64,000 nucleotides of DNA from Nitrospirota bacterium (GCA_963701855.1 CAVPBK010000006.1:1024001-1088000), one strand, 5' to 3'. Counted from the first letter of the stretch, positions 33,117-43,307 are shown. Program-made: numbers and translations. The notes: a model not told the origin generated them from the letters alone.

Positions 33117-34169
33117 ATGGCAGTCGATCCGGACAAGCTGAACGCATTCATGGGCAAAGCAGTCAGCGACATTGGAGCTGCGCTGAGCGCCAACATGGTA
33201 CTCCTTGGCGACAGGCTCGGTCTCTACAAGGCCATGGCGAAGGCGGGTTCTGTCACGCCGGTTGAACTCGCAAAGTCGACAAAGACAGCAGAGCGGTACG
33301 TCCGTGAGTGGCTGGGCAATCAGGCAGCAGGCGGATACGTGACCTATGACGCCGGAACCGGCCGGTACCGGCTCCCTGAAGAACAGGCAATGGCACTCGC
33401 CGATGAAAACAGTTCTTGTTTTCTCCCCGGTGCATTTCAGGTCATTGCTGCCACATTTTCAGCCAACCCCAAGATCGAGAAGCGGTTCAAGACCGGCAAG
33501 GGTCTCGGATGGGATCAGCATGACCACCGTTTGTTTGAGGGCACAGAAAGATTCTTCCGTCCAAACTACCTGGGCAACCTTGTAACAAATTGGATTCCGT
33601 CACTCGACGGCGTGGAGGATAAGCTCAAACGGGGTGCGAAAGTCGCGGATGTCGGCTGCGGGTTCGGAGCCTCTACCATCATCATGGCGAAGGCTTATCC
33701 AAAATCCACCTTCATCGGCTTCGATTACCATAAACCCTCGATCCTGTCGGCACGCAAACGGGCCAAGGAGGCAGGCCTGAAGAACGTGACCTTCGCAACG
33801 TCGAAGTCCACAAACTATCCCGGCAAGGGATACGACTTCGTCGCCCACTTCGATTGTCTGCATGACATGGGCGATCCTGTCGGCGCTGCGAAGCATGTGA
33901 AGAAAACCCTCGCGCAGAATGGTACCTGGATGATCGTGGAGCCGTTCGCAAATGACCGTGTAGAAGATAATCTGAATCCAGTGGGCAGAGTCTTCTACGC
34001 CGCGTCGACAATGATCTGCGTACCAGCTTCCCTGGCATACAATGGCCCAGCTCTTGGTGCCCAAGCTGGGGAGGCGCGGCTCCGAGATGTGGTCATGAAA
34101 GGCGGGCTCACACGATTCCGCCGCGCGGCACAGACGCCGTTCAATCTAGTGTTGGAAGCCAGACCGTGA
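33117..34169 (+). CDS. SAM-dependent methyltransferase with N-terminal winged helix (Rv2258c-like)
   Basis: GDRLGLYKAM, ERYVREWL, VADVGCGFG, DCLHDMGDP, LGAQAGE. Confidence 0.88.
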   Translation: MAVDPDKLNAFMGKAVSDIGAALSANMVLLGDRLGLYKAMAKAGSVTPVELAKSTKTAERYVREWLGNQAAGGYVTYDAGTGRYRLPEEQAMALADENSSCFLPGAFQVIAATFSANPKIEKRFKTGKGLGWDQHDHRLFEGTERFFRPNYLGNLVTNWIPSLDGVEDKLKRGAKVADVGCGFGASTIIMAKAYPKSTFIGFDYHKPSILSARKRAKEAGLKNVTFATSKSTNYPGKGYDFVAHFDCLHDMGDPVGAAKHVKKTLAQNGTWMIVEPFANDRVEDNLNPVGRVFYAASTMICVPASLAYNGPALGAQAGEARLRDVVMKGGLTRFRRAAQTPFNLVLEARP

Positions 34170-34273
34170 GACGCAACGACGACCCTCGCCAGCCTGGCTC
34201 CAGGGCCGCTTGCACTTTGGCACGGCTCCGGGCATAGTGCGGGAAATCGCACGACACGATCCGAGGAGGCACG

Positions 34274-34999
34274 ATGGGGCCACGACTCGCCGCCGAAGCG
34301 CTCGGCACCTTCTGGTTAGTCTTTGCCGGCTGCGGGAGCGCACTCCTGAGCGCCGGCCTTCCGCAGCTCGGCATCGGGGTCGTCGGGATCGCGTTTGCCT
34401 TCGGAGTGGCCGTGGTCACGGCGGTCTACGCCTTCGGCCATATCTCGGGCTGCCATATTAACCCCGCGGTCACCATCGGGCTCCTGCTCAGCAAGCGCTT
34501 CCCCGCCCACGAAGTCCCGGGCTATCTTGCCGCCCAAGTGATCGGCGGGATTCTCGGGGCCGGGGTGCTCTATCTCATCGCCACCGGGCGGGCCGGCTTC
34601 GTCCCCGGCGGCTTCGCCTCCAATGGCTATGGCGAGCACTCTCCAGCCGGCTATTCCCTGCTGGCCGGGTTCTGCGCCGAGACCGTCTTCGCCTTTTTTT
34701 TCCTCCTGATCATTCTGGGCTCGACGGACAGCCGGGCCCCCCAGGGCTTCGCCCCCTTGGCCATCGGCCTCGCCGTGGCCCTGATCAATTGGGCCGGGAT
34801 TCCGGTCACCAATCTCTCCCTCAACCCGGCGCGCAGCACCGCCACGGCCGTCTTTGCCGACGGCTGGGCCCTGCAACAACTCTGGCTCTTCTGGGTCGCG
34901 CCGATCCTGGGCGGCGCCCTTGCAGGCGTGGTCTATCCCTTCCTTGCCGGTCCGCCCGCCGGCAGCCCGACGAAACGCGAGGCCAAGGCGGCACGCTAG
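34274..34999 (+). CDS. aqpZ: Aquaporin Z
   Basis: [59 protein letters not shown]. Confidence 0.95.
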   Translation: MGPRLAAEALGTFWLVFAGCGSALLSAGLPQLGIGVVGIAFAFGVAVVTAVYAFGHISGCHINPAVTIGLLLSKRFPAHEVPGYLAAQVIGGILGAGVLYLIATGRAGFVPGGFASNGYGEHSPAGYSLLAGFCAETVFAFFFLLIILGSTDSRAPQGFAPLAIGLAVALINWAGIPVTNLSLNPARSTATAVFADGWALQQLWLFWVAPILGGALAGVVYPFLAGPPAGSPTKREAKAAR

Positions 35000-35009
35000 G
35001 CCGCGCGGC

Positions 35010-35963
35010 CTACGGCAGGGGCGGCACGTCTTGCACACAGCGAAAGCCGACGTGGGGGTCATGCTCGGTGGGGTCGCTTTTTGTCCGAAAGGCGGCTCGG
35101 AGCCGATACGGCCCATTGATGTACGAGCCGCCGCGCTGTACCTTCGTCGTGCCCTCCATCGGGCCCCGGGGATTGAGCGCAGGCAGCGGCGTGTAGAACG
35201 CATCGTCGTACCAGTCGGCGACCCATTCATAGAGATTGCCGGCCAGATCATGGACCCCATAGGGGCTGGTGCCCTTGTTCCGATCCCCAATGGGCGAGAC
35301 CGTCTCCGTCCCTTCCTTCAACCCAAAGACCGCATGCAGGGGCGTCGGGGGATCGCTCCCCCACGGATAGAGGCGGCCCTCCGGGCCCCGGGCCGCCTTC
35401 TCCCACTCGGCTTCGGTCGGCAAGCGCTTCCCCGCCCAGAGACAATAGCCCGTGGCCTCCAGCCAGTTCACCCAGCGCACCGGCCGCTCGGCATGGAGCA
35501 CCGGCGTCTCCTGGTCCGCAAACCCCCACGGCGGTTCACTCTGAATCGCGACGACAAACTTCGCAAACTGCCCGTTCGTCACTTCGAACGTGTCCAGATA
35601 AAAACTGTCGAGAAAGACGCGGTGGACGGGCTGCTCGTCGTCATCGCCCTGCTCGCTCCCCATCGGAAACTCCCCGGCCGGCACCAGCACCATGGGTGCC
35701 CCATCCTTGCCGAGGATCGTCGCTGGGAGCTTGGAGAGAGCCCGTGCCTTCGAGGCCGGACTCCCGTTGGTCAGAGGATGCGCCTTCCCTGGAGGTTTCG
35801 CCTCACCCGCCGCCCCATGTGGTTTGGGAGGCGTCGGAGCCAACTCCGCCTCCGGCTTCCCTGGGGACACCTCATTGGCCCATGTAAGCCCGCTGGTGAG
35901 CCACACCACGGACCACAGACTGAACATCATCGCGTAAATCACGCTTCGGGCCTGTATCATCAA
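35010..35963 (-). CDS. Exported formylglycine-generating-enzyme (SUMF1/FGE-sulfatase) domain protein
   Basis: Signal peptide; PAGEFPMGS, EVTN, KRLPTEAEWEKAARG, SPYGVHDLAGNLYEW, RGGSY, GFRC. Confidence 0.88.
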   Translation of the reverse strand: MMIQARSVIYAMMFSLWSVVWLTSGLTWANEVSPGKPEAELAPTPPKPHGAAGEAKPPGKAHPLTNGSPASKARALSKLPATILGKDGAPMVLVPAGEFPMGSEQGDDDEQPVHRVFLDSFYLDTFEVTNGQFAKFVVAIQSEPPWGFADQETPVLHAERPVRWVNWLEATGYCLWAGKRLPTEAEWEKAARGPEGRLYPWGSDPPTPLHAVFGLKEGTETVSPIGDRNKGTSPYGVHDLAGNLYEWVADWYDDAFYTPLPALNPRGPMEGTTKVQRGGSYINGPYRLRAAFRTKSDPTEHDPHVGFRCVQDVPPLP

Positions 35964-36369
35964 CTCTATCCGCTTCCGTTATTGAGCGAGAGCCGCAAGC
36001 ACCCGGGACAGAGTACCGAAAATTGCCAAGACAAATCCAGAGAGGAGATCCAATTTCAGTCTAGTTCATGATTCTACCCACGATGCGTAGGCCTGAACCC
36101 ACAGTGGAGAGGGATCGTTCATGGAAGAGATGCGTGTGCTGAAAGTAAAGAGACTGGAGGGGGCCGGCGCCTGCAATCACGATTCATCGTAAAAGAGGCG
36201 CCGAGAGGTGCACCGCTTGATCGCATTCACTGGAGGTAGTGAACTATCCCCGCGCACATTGGAGGCGCGGGGTCGAGCATACTCAGAGACAAACCCTTGA
36301 GGTGTTTATCCGCTGGCCTCAAATATGATAATTCGATAAAGAGGCCAGCGGCACGCACGAAGTGCGGTT

Positions 36370-36719
36370 TGGTGGAGGCGCCGGGAGTTGAACCCGGGTC
36401 CGAAGACCTTCAGCACAACGGATCTACATGTGTAGCCGATCGTTTTAATTTCGCAGCCACCCACGCCCACCGGCTAGCTTAGACTGGCCACTAGCCCAGT
36501 ATTGTCTCGTCCTCAGCCGCTGAGCACCAGCCTTGGACCAGCCCGCTGTATCGCGCTCCGACCACCCCCGCGGGCCTCAGGTGGAGGAACGTCGCAGTTA
36601 ATTAAGCTGCGAGTGCCAGTTCTTGATTGGCAGTTACATTTTCCCGGAGGATTTACGAGACCCCGAGAGCTCGACATGCACCGCTGACTTTAGTATCCCC
36701 GTCGATTCCGGTCGCCCCC
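36370..36719 (-). ncRNA. ssrA: tmRNA; tag (A)ANQELALAA
   Basis: 5' GGGGGCGACCGGAATCGAC and 3' GGTTCAACTCCCGGCGCCTCCACCA with a G3:U70 pair; resume frame GCC AAT CAA GAA CTG GCA CTC GCA GCT TAA at 36631-36602. Confidence 0.96.
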
Positions 36720-36726
36720 CTTTCGG

Positions 36727-36848
36727 TCGGATGTTGAAAAAGGCTTCTGGCTGCGTTCTCGCATCGCTCAACGCCTCAACGTACTGGAAAGTACGCCTCG
36801 GCATTTCGTTCGCTGCGGCCTTGCTGGACGGCCATTTTGAACAACCTG
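36727..36848 (+). repeat. MITE-like ~120-bp intergenic repeat, copy 1
   Basis: Imperfect TIRs GGATGTTGAAAAAGGC / GCCATTTTGAACAACC; similar to the reverse complement of 41409-41508. Confidence 0.8.
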
Positions 36849-36960
36849 TCTGGATGAAGCAGGTTCTTCCGTTCCAATCCAGCTTGTTTCAGCTGCTCAT
36901 GATACCGCACAGGTCAAGGAGATGCTAGGGAGGGGCCAGAATTGACAGGTCATAGCAAAG

Positions 36961-37441
36961 CTACATGAACTTGCGGCGTTTGAAGGCTTTGATATCTTCT
37001 GCCGTCAGTTCAAACCATTCACCATTACCACGTTTAGCCTCGAACCGTTTGTGCCAATAGGCCTCAATCCCTCTCGGATCGTCGGTCTTGATCACGTGAA
37101 CGGTATTGACATTTTTCTGGGAGTTGAATCGCTAATTCACATTGCCTTCTCCCAACCGCGTTCGTCATCCCGATCTTATAGTATGGAAAGTGGCCCAATT
37201 TCTTGATAAGGGCAATATACTTCTCCAGAAGCGCTTCGGGAGTCCATGCTATTTCCATCTCATTTGGAGAGAAGCCTGCCTCTCTCAGTGCATCACCCCA
37301 TCGGAGCCAGTGATCCGGGTACCAATCACTTTTCTTTATTCCTGTATCGCTCTTGAACCGCAGGATGCCTGGAGACTTGCCGCCATTTGCTTTTGCGACT
37401 CGTTTAATCTTGTTAAGGATGTGCTGCTTATCAATTGCCAT
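36961..37441 (-). pseudogene. GIY-YIG/T5orf172 (Mug113-like) nuclease-domain pseudogene
   Basis: WGDALREAGFSPN N-domain joined abruptly to YKIGMTN; a frameshift leads to [28 protein letters not shown]. Confidence 0.75.
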
Positions 37442-37731
37442 CGCTACTACCCCATAGTCTTGAAGCACGACACAACATCAGACGCTGGACCCTAGCGAGA
37501 AGCCATAGGCCATGTCAACGGCTCCATCGTCCCACGATCACGAACTCTTTCCTCGCGACGGTTCGTGGCGAAATCCAAAGCCGCGTCGCGAGCCCGACGC
37601 GCGGAGGCGCGCAGGACCGAGGCGTACCGGAGAAGTACGTTGAGGGACTATGCGATGAGCCCGTTGGCCTGGCCACGCTCGGCAGTGGCCAGGCTTGTCG
37701 CAGCAGCGGATCTGCGATTGCAGCAGAATCG

Positions 37732-39366
37732 TCATGCGCTTTTGAAGCGGGTCACCTTGGCAAACACAATCGCGGCGAAGGGGAGGGCCAGGCCAAGAAC
37801 CAATTGCGCGATGAGGAGCAAACCAAGCTGGCTATAGTCGGCAGGCGTTTGAATGGCGCCGGAAACCTGGTCACGGACTTCCCGACTGACCACATAAATC
37901 TCATTCATGTACTTGGTACCGAGTTGGCTCAACGATAAGGCCAGATTCGTAAATGAAGCCATCACGGCAAAAAATGTGGCTTTCAAGTTCGCAGGCGCAC
38001 TGTTCGCAATCCAGGCCAGCATCGGAATCATAGAGATCTGACCGAGCGGCGATTCCAACGCCGTATCGACCAGCGCAATGAATCGTGCATCGACCACCCC
38101 TCCTGTGATTCTCGCCGTCCATTCGTGCAAACCGTAGAACATGCTCACGATCGGGAGGGTCAGGATAGTTCCGATCACCGTAAGAAACCCCACGACATAG
38201 GCAATCGAGCGCTCGGCCATGAAACGGCGAAACACGAACATGCCAACCAAGGTTAAGGTGCTGCCGATGAGCGAGAGGATCGAGAGAAACTGCTGATCGA
38301 ACTTCAGCTGATCAATCATCCACCAGGTCGTTCCTGGCCCGGTCCCTGGGATTGCCCGGAATATAAAGACCACGACCGCCGTCCCAACCAGGGTGAATCG
38401 CTTGTCCGGCTCCAGCTCTCGCACCAGCCGGGCCATCAAGAGCAAAACGATGGCCATCGAACCGACAAAGACAATCTCTTCGCTATAAGAGAAGCCGCCG
38501 AATCCGACCGTCAGCGTAAACAGCACGAAAGCGAGGCTCCCGCCAAGAATCCACCAATTCGGCCTCGTCGGTTCACCAGACGATTCCCGTGCATCCATCA
38601 TCTGCATGGCCTGTTCACGCGAGAAGCCCTGTTGAGTAAGTTGATGCCGATGCTGTCGCCGCAGCCACCACGCCATCGCCAGCCCGAGGACTGAAACGAA
38701 AGGAATGACGAGCGCCATCAGATAGACCTGTTTGTAGAGCCGAACGATCTCTGCCTGCGGAAGCCCTTCGACCCCCGTGAAGACATACACGTTGATCATC
38801 GCCACCAGAACCCCGCCGCCGATGATGGCCACGCGCCCAAGCGTCTGCATGGTGGTGTGCATGAGCTTGAGTGTCGGCTGGTCGAACGGCTGACCCTGCG
38901 CATCCACTCGTGGCACGGCTTCGACCGTCATCGCATCCGCAACCGCGTCTTGCACCACGTAGCCGATCGGCCCGAGCAATGTGCTGACCACAAACCACAC
39001 TTCCGCCGGCAAGATCGCGGTCATCGCTTCTCGACTTCCGATCAATGCCGCCATGATCCCAAGACTGGCAGCCAGCAAACTGGCTCCAAGTCCCACAAGC
39101 CAGCCTTTCCAGCGCCACAAAAGATCGACAAGATGCCCGATCGGCATCTTGAGTGCCCAGGGAATGCCGGCCCAAAATCCCAGCGCCGCGAGGAAGGATG
39201 CGGAGAGGCCGAGGTAGTCTTTGACAAAGAAGGTGCCAACGATTCCGGTGAGGCCGGAAATCCCGTAGGCCATGTAGACCATGAGCGGCGGTAGATAGGA
39301 GAGCCGCATCTCACGGCCGAGGGAAAGAATGTTGCGGTCGATCCACAGAACGAAACGTGTGAACAT
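37732..39366 (-). CDS. BT1/folate-biopterin-family MFS transporter
   Basis: ~12 TM segments, IPWALK, QDAVADAMTVE, APANLKATFFAVMASFTNL. Confidence 0.8.
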   Translation of the reverse strand: MFTRFVLWIDRNILSLGREMRLSYLPPLMVYMAYGISGLTGIVGTFFVKDYLGLSASFLAALGFWAGIPWALKMPIGHLVDLLWRWKGWLVGLGASLLAASLGIMAALIGSREAMTAILPAEVWFVVSTLLGPIGYVVQDAVADAMTVEAVPRVDAQGQPFDQPTLKLMHTTMQTLGRVAIIGGGVLVAMINVYVFTGVEGLPQAEIVRLYKQVYLMALVIPFVSVLGLAMAWWLRRQHRHQLTQQGFSREQAMQMMDARESSGEPTRPNWWILGGSLAFVLFTLTVGFGGFSYSEEIVFVGSMAIVLLLMARLVRELEPDKRFTLVGTAVVVFIFRAIPGTGPGTTWWMIDQLKFDQQFLSILSLIGSTLTLVGMFVFRRFMAERSIAYVVGFLTVIGTILTLPIVSMFYGLHEWTARITGGVVDARFIALVDTALESPLGQISMIPMLAWIANSAPANLKATFFAVMASFTNLALSLSQLGTKYMNEIYVVSREVRDQVSGAIQTPADYSQLGLLLIAQLVLGLALPFAAIVFAKVTRFKSA

Positions 39367-39368
39367 CG

Positions 39369-40250
39369 CTATGGCACGACCCTGGTGGTCTCGCGGCGCT
39401 CGATTAGGGCCCGCAGCTGTGCGCGCATCTCGTCAGCCGACAAGCGAATCCGACCCCCATGTCCGGCCAGCACCCACTCGAATGGATGGTCGAGAAGTTT
39501 CCGGATGGAGTCCATCAGGACATGCTTCCTCCACACCAGCTGGCTTGGAGCACTAAGTCTCTTCTGTGCGGAGTCCCACCAGAGATGATCTCCCGTGAAG
39601 AGAAACCGGTTCTTGTAGAGCAAGGCCATGCTGCCTGCCGTGTGGCCCGGCACAGGAATGATCTGGAACTGCGGCATGGCTTGAATACTGTCAGCCCCTT
39701 CGATGATCCATTCTGCACCCGGAACTGCTTCGCCGTCCGCCCGATGAATTATCCGTTTCGCGCCGAAGTGTGCGGCATACTTCTCTGCATCGGCCACATC
39801 GTCTTTGTGCGTGAGAAAGATATACGCGATGCCACCCTTGTGTTCAAAGGCCTCGACAAGATGTTTGAGATACCGCGGGGAATCAATGAGCCAGTTGCCG
39901 TCCGGATGTTCGATGAAGAAGCTATTTGCGCCGAACGACTTCTCCGAATTGAAACCGCAGTACGACACCCCGTCTTCAAGTTGGAGCGGGAAGCTCGCCA
40001 TAGCTTCTTTCATCCGCAACTGGTCGCTGTGCTCGGCGCCGATCGAGCCGACCGGGCAGGCGAGGAGCGCTTGATAGGCCTGATGAGAATGCCCCTCATC
40101 GGCCGGCTGTTTGGTGACCGCGGAAAACTTACCGACTTCTTCGAAACTCATCGGCGCCAACTGCCGGCAAGTGTCGCAGTTGATGCAGGTCGCATCGACA
40201 TAAAAATTGCCCGCGACATTGGAATCGAGTCGTTTTTTCTCATCGGCCAT
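39369..40250 (-). CDS. Ferredoxin-fused metallo-beta-lactamase-fold protein
   Basis: CINCDTC...CPV, then THKDDVAD, PGHTAGS, FTGDH, LAGHG. Confidence 0.85.
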   Translation of the reverse strand: MADEKKRLDSNVAGNFYVDATCINCDTCRQLAPMSFEEVGKFSAVTKQPADEGHSHQAYQALLACPVGSIGAEHSDQLRMKEAMASFPLQLEDGVSYCGFNSEKSFGANSFFIEHPDGNWLIDSPRYLKHLVEAFEHKGGIAYIFLTHKDDVADAEKYAAHFGAKRIIHRADGEAVPGAEWIIEGADSIQAMPQFQIIPVPGHTAGSMALLYKNRFLFTGDHLWWDSAQKRLSAPSQLVWRKHVLMDSIRKLLDHPFEWVLAGHGGRIRLSADEMRAQLRALIERRETTRVVP

Positions 40251-40260
40251 GGTTCAACCT

Positions 40261-40911
40261 TTATGCGTCGCCACCTGTAACCTTCTTAGCTACTTTTGCT
40301 TGATCGGCCGCCCGCCAGAGGTACCAGGCTGCAGCCGTGCGATAGGGCTTCCAACGTTCCCCATATCGCAGCATCTCTTTCGGCATCGGCATCGAACGCT
40401 TCCCATAGGCGATGCGGAATCCATTGCGCACACCAAAGTCGTCAACCGGCAGAACGTCCGGCCGTCCCAGTTGGAAGATCAGCAACATTTCGACCGTCCA
40501 ACGGCCAATCCCTCGAACCGCGATGAGCCGCTCGATGATCACCTCGTCGTCGAGCTTACGAACGATGGCGCCGGTCGGCACGGTACCATCGAGCGTTTTG
40601 GCGGCCAGATCACGGAGCGCTGCAACCTTGGCTTGTGAAAAGCCTGCCCAACGAATAGCCTGCTCGTCCATTGCGAGGAGATCGTCCGGTTGAGGGAATC
40701 GCTTTGTTGGAAACAAGGCAACGAAACGGCGCAAAATACTCTCCGCCGCTTTCTCATGCAGTTGTTGGTAGGCGATCGCTCGTGCCAGCGATTCAAACGG
40801 TGACCGCTTCGATCGAGGAGTTAATGTGAAGGGACCCACCTCACGGATCAACCGACGCATGACCGGATCCATCTTGGCGAGATGCTTGATTTCCGGTGCC
40901 TGTCGATTCAT
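40261..40911 (-). CDS. alkA: DNA-3-methyladenine glycosylase II (HhH-GPD)
   Basis: FESLARAIAYQQL, RGIGRWTVEM, RPDVLPVDDFG, WKPYRT. Confidence 0.85.
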   Translation of the reverse strand: MNRQAPEIKHLAKMDPVMRRLIREVGPFTLTPRSKRSPFESLARAIAYQQLHEKAAESILRRFVALFPTKRFPQPDDLLAMDEQAIRWAGFSQAKVAALRDLAAKTLDGTVPTGAIVRKLDDEVIIERLIAVRGIGRWTVEMLLIFQLGRPDVLPVDDFGVRNGFRIAYGKRSMPMPKEMLRYGERWKPYRTAAAWYLWRAADQAKVAKKVTGGDA

Positions 40912-40936
40912 TTGAACACTCACGCGGCCACCTTGA

Positions 40937-41329
40937 TTATTGTCCCTGGCTCAAAATGGCATCGGCCTCGATCTCGACCAACATCTCCGGATCGATCAGC
41001 CGTTTCACTTCCACCATCGTTGTCGCCGGACGAATCGAGCCAAATACTTCGCCATGAGCCCGACCGACATCCTGCCATTGATCGATGTTCACCAAGTAGA
41101 TACGCGTCCGGACCACATCGGCAAGCGAGGCGTCGGCCTGCTTGAGAGCTGCTTCAATTGTCTTCAACGTCTGAATCGTCTGAGCATAGGGATCTCCCTT
41201 GCCGACCAGACCAGATTGAGTCATGGCCGTCGAGCCGGAAACGGATATCGAAGCCCCGACCCGTACCGCTCGCGAGTACCCAAGCTTGCTCTCCCACGGA
41301 CCACCAGTGGAAATATTCTGCCGCCCCAT
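40937..41329 (-). CDS. RidA/YjgF-family protein
   Basis: WESKLGYSRAVRVG, VVRTRIY, RPATTMVEV, LVEIEADA. Confidence 0.9.
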   Translation of the reverse strand: MGRQNISTGGPWESKLGYSRAVRVGASISVSGSTAMTQSGLVGKGDPYAQTIQTLKTIEAALKQADASLADVVRTRIYLVNIDQWQDVGRAHGEVFGSIRPATTMVEVKRLIDPEMLVEIEADAILSQGQ

Positions 41330-41408
41330 CCGTTTCCTCCTACAAGGCTGTGACAAACTCGGTTTATACACAATATATTATTGGAATATTCCATATTGGC
41401 ACCGATGG

Positions 41409-41508
41409 CAACAAGGCCGCAGCGAGCGAAGAGGCGAAGCCTACGCTTCGGTACGTTGAGCCTCTGAGCGATGCGAGAACGAAGCTGGCGGACTTTTTCA
41501 GCATCCTG
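41409..41508 (-). repeat. MITE-like repeat, copy 2 (one end truncated)
   Basis: Minus strand CAGGATGCTGAAAAAGTCCGCCAGCTTCGTTCTCGCATCGCTCA...GCTGCGGCCTTG begins right after the SDR TAG stop. Confidence 0.8.
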
Positions 41509-42240
41509 CTACATGACAATGCCGCCGCCGGCGTGAATATTCTGGCCCGTCAACCACCGAGCCTCTTCACTGACAACGAACGCGACTACGTCAGCAATAT
41601 CCTTTGGGAGACCAAGCCGCTTCAAGGGCGACATCTGTATGCCGATCTGGCGAAATTGGTCCGTCATCATGCCAGTCTCGGTAAAACCCGGTGAGACCGT
41701 ATTGACGGTAATCCCTCGTGGAGCGAGTTCCTGCGCCAATCCTTTCGTGTACTGTTCCAATGCGCCCTTGCTGCCAAGATAGGCCGTCGCACCAGGAAAA
41801 CTCAAATGGGTTCCATCGGTCGAAATATTCACGATGCGGCCACCATCTTTAAGCACATTGGCCGCTTCCTGCATCGCGAAATAGGGACCTTTGGCGTTCA
41901 AGGCGATGATCTGATCGAAGTCTTCCTCGGTTGTGTCGAGCAGCGCTTTGGGCATAAACCTCCCGGCATTGTTGACGAGGATGTCAAGCCGGCTGAATTG
42001 CTTCACAGTCTCCCTCACAAGACGGCGCGCCTCTGCGACCTGGCTCATGTCGGATTGGACGGCGACGGCCTTCCCACCCTTGGCCTGAATGCCCGTAACA
42101 ACCTGTTGAGCTTTCTCTCCGCTCGTTCCATAATTCACCACCACAATCGCTCCATCTTCGGCCAGTCGTTCTGCAATCGCCCGTCCAATCCCGCTGGAGG
42201 CCCCCGTCACGATCGCAACTTTTCCACTGAGTGACGTCAT
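41509..42240 (-). CDS. Short-chain dehydrogenase/reductase
   Basis: TGASSGIG, NNAG, YxxxK (YLGSK), VSPG. Confidence 0.92.
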   Translation of the reverse strand: MTSLSGKVAIVTGASSGIGRAIAERLAEDGAIVVVNYGTSGEKAQQVVTGIQAKGGKAVAVQSDMSQVAEARRLVRETVKQFSRLDILVNNAGRFMPKALLDTTEEDFDQIIALNAKGPYFAMQEAANVLKDGGRIVNISTDGTHLSFPGATAYLGSKGALEQYTKGLAQELAPRGITVNTVSPGFTETGMMTDQFRQIGIQMSPLKRLGLPKDIADVVAFVVSEEARWLTGQNIHAGGGIVM

Positions 42241-42339
42241 GATACTTTCTTTACCTTTCCTCTGTATGACTGATGCCCATCTTCGCTTCGTCGCCGAAAC
42301 GTATTGATTCTACCCTTGGAGTGCGACGCGATTCACTCT

Positions 42340-42939
42340 TTATCGGAGAAGGGGCAACGGTTGCTCCCAGGTTGCTGAATACACAAATTCTGTAATTGGT
42401 TTGCGGACTCTTGCTTGAATTTCTCTGGCACGCAGACGATCAGACAACAGGGCAGGATCGCCTGGATAACCGATCGCCATCATGGCCACCGGCTCATAGC
42501 CATCAGGAATCCCACAGTCCGCTCGTGCCTGATCGATTCGAAACCCCGCCATCTGATGGGTCACAAGCCCGAGCGCTGTGGCCTGGATGACGAGATTCTC
42601 TGCCGCCATGCCCGTGTCGTGGAGCGCGTGGCGATTCGCTGAGCCATCCTCGAACTGCAGTTTCGCCACGGACAGCAGCAGCACCGGTGCACGATGCGCC
42701 CATTTCTGATTGCCTTCGACCAGGCAGTTGAACAACCGATCGTACTCAGCCTTGTTCTTGTTCGTGGAGACCAGGAATCGCCAGGGCTGCCCGTTATTCG
42801 ATGAGGGCGCCCATCGTGCCGCTTCGAAAAGGCTCAGAAGCTTATCTGCTTCCACCGGTCGTTCGTCGAACACGCGCGGACTCCATCGCTTTTTCAACAG
42901 CTCGTGAATGGGAAATTGCGTCTGGGCAGGTTTCTCCAT
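42340..42939 (-). CDS. Nitroreductase-family protein
   Basis: RWSPR, EAARWAPSSNNGQPWRF, HDTG, THQMAGF. Confidence 0.9.
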   Translation of the reverse strand: MEKPAQTQFPIHELLKKRWSPRVFDERPVEADKLLSLFEAARWAPSSNNGQPWRFLVSTNKNKAEYDRLFNCLVEGNQKWAHRAPVLLLSVAKLQFEDGSANRHALHDTGMAAENLVIQATALGLVTHQMAGFRIDQARADCGIPDGYEPVAMMAIGYPGDPALLSDRLRAREIQARVRKPITEFVYSATWEQPLPLLR

Positions 42940-43035
42940 TGTTCATCCTTTCGACTTCAATCAGAGTTTGTATCGAATCAACTCTTCTGCTGGTCGCGCG
43001 AGGGAGAGCACTGCTCCCTGATAGCGGATTGCTCT

Positions 43036-43307
43036 GGCGACCAGCCGACACCTAAGGTCTTGTAGAGCTGGATGATGGACACCAGGTAGAGCCGGCGGGT
43101 GCCGCTCGACCACCGTTATTATAACGACGTGCCCACTCCGCCGCGCCTCGAAACGTCCAGCAGGTGAAGGCGATGCCGACAATTTGAATCCCTCCCGCAC
43201 TCACAAGACTGTCCACCGCAAGTGGGTCCAGATCAACCGTCCTGGCTGTTGTGCTGATCCTGATCGCAATGACCGTCGGAGCCCTTGCGGTGCAGCGTTC
43301 CGTCGCC
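43036..43307. pseudogene. Rearranged remnant of a paralogous OMF 3' end / HlyD 5' end
   Basis: 43036-43100 matches 48822-48886 in direct orientation; 43128-43307 matches 48621-48803 inverted. Confidence 0.75.

Noticed and set aside
34218..34233. TGGCACG sigma54-like site before aqpZ
   Set aside because: No GC at the required distance from the GG.
34316..36071. 324-aa and 405-aa alternative ORFs
   Set aside because: They overlap well-supported aqpZ and FGE genes in a very GC-rich stretch.
36297..36928. Short plus-strand ORFs
   Set aside because: Antisense to tmRNA and the MITE-like repeat.
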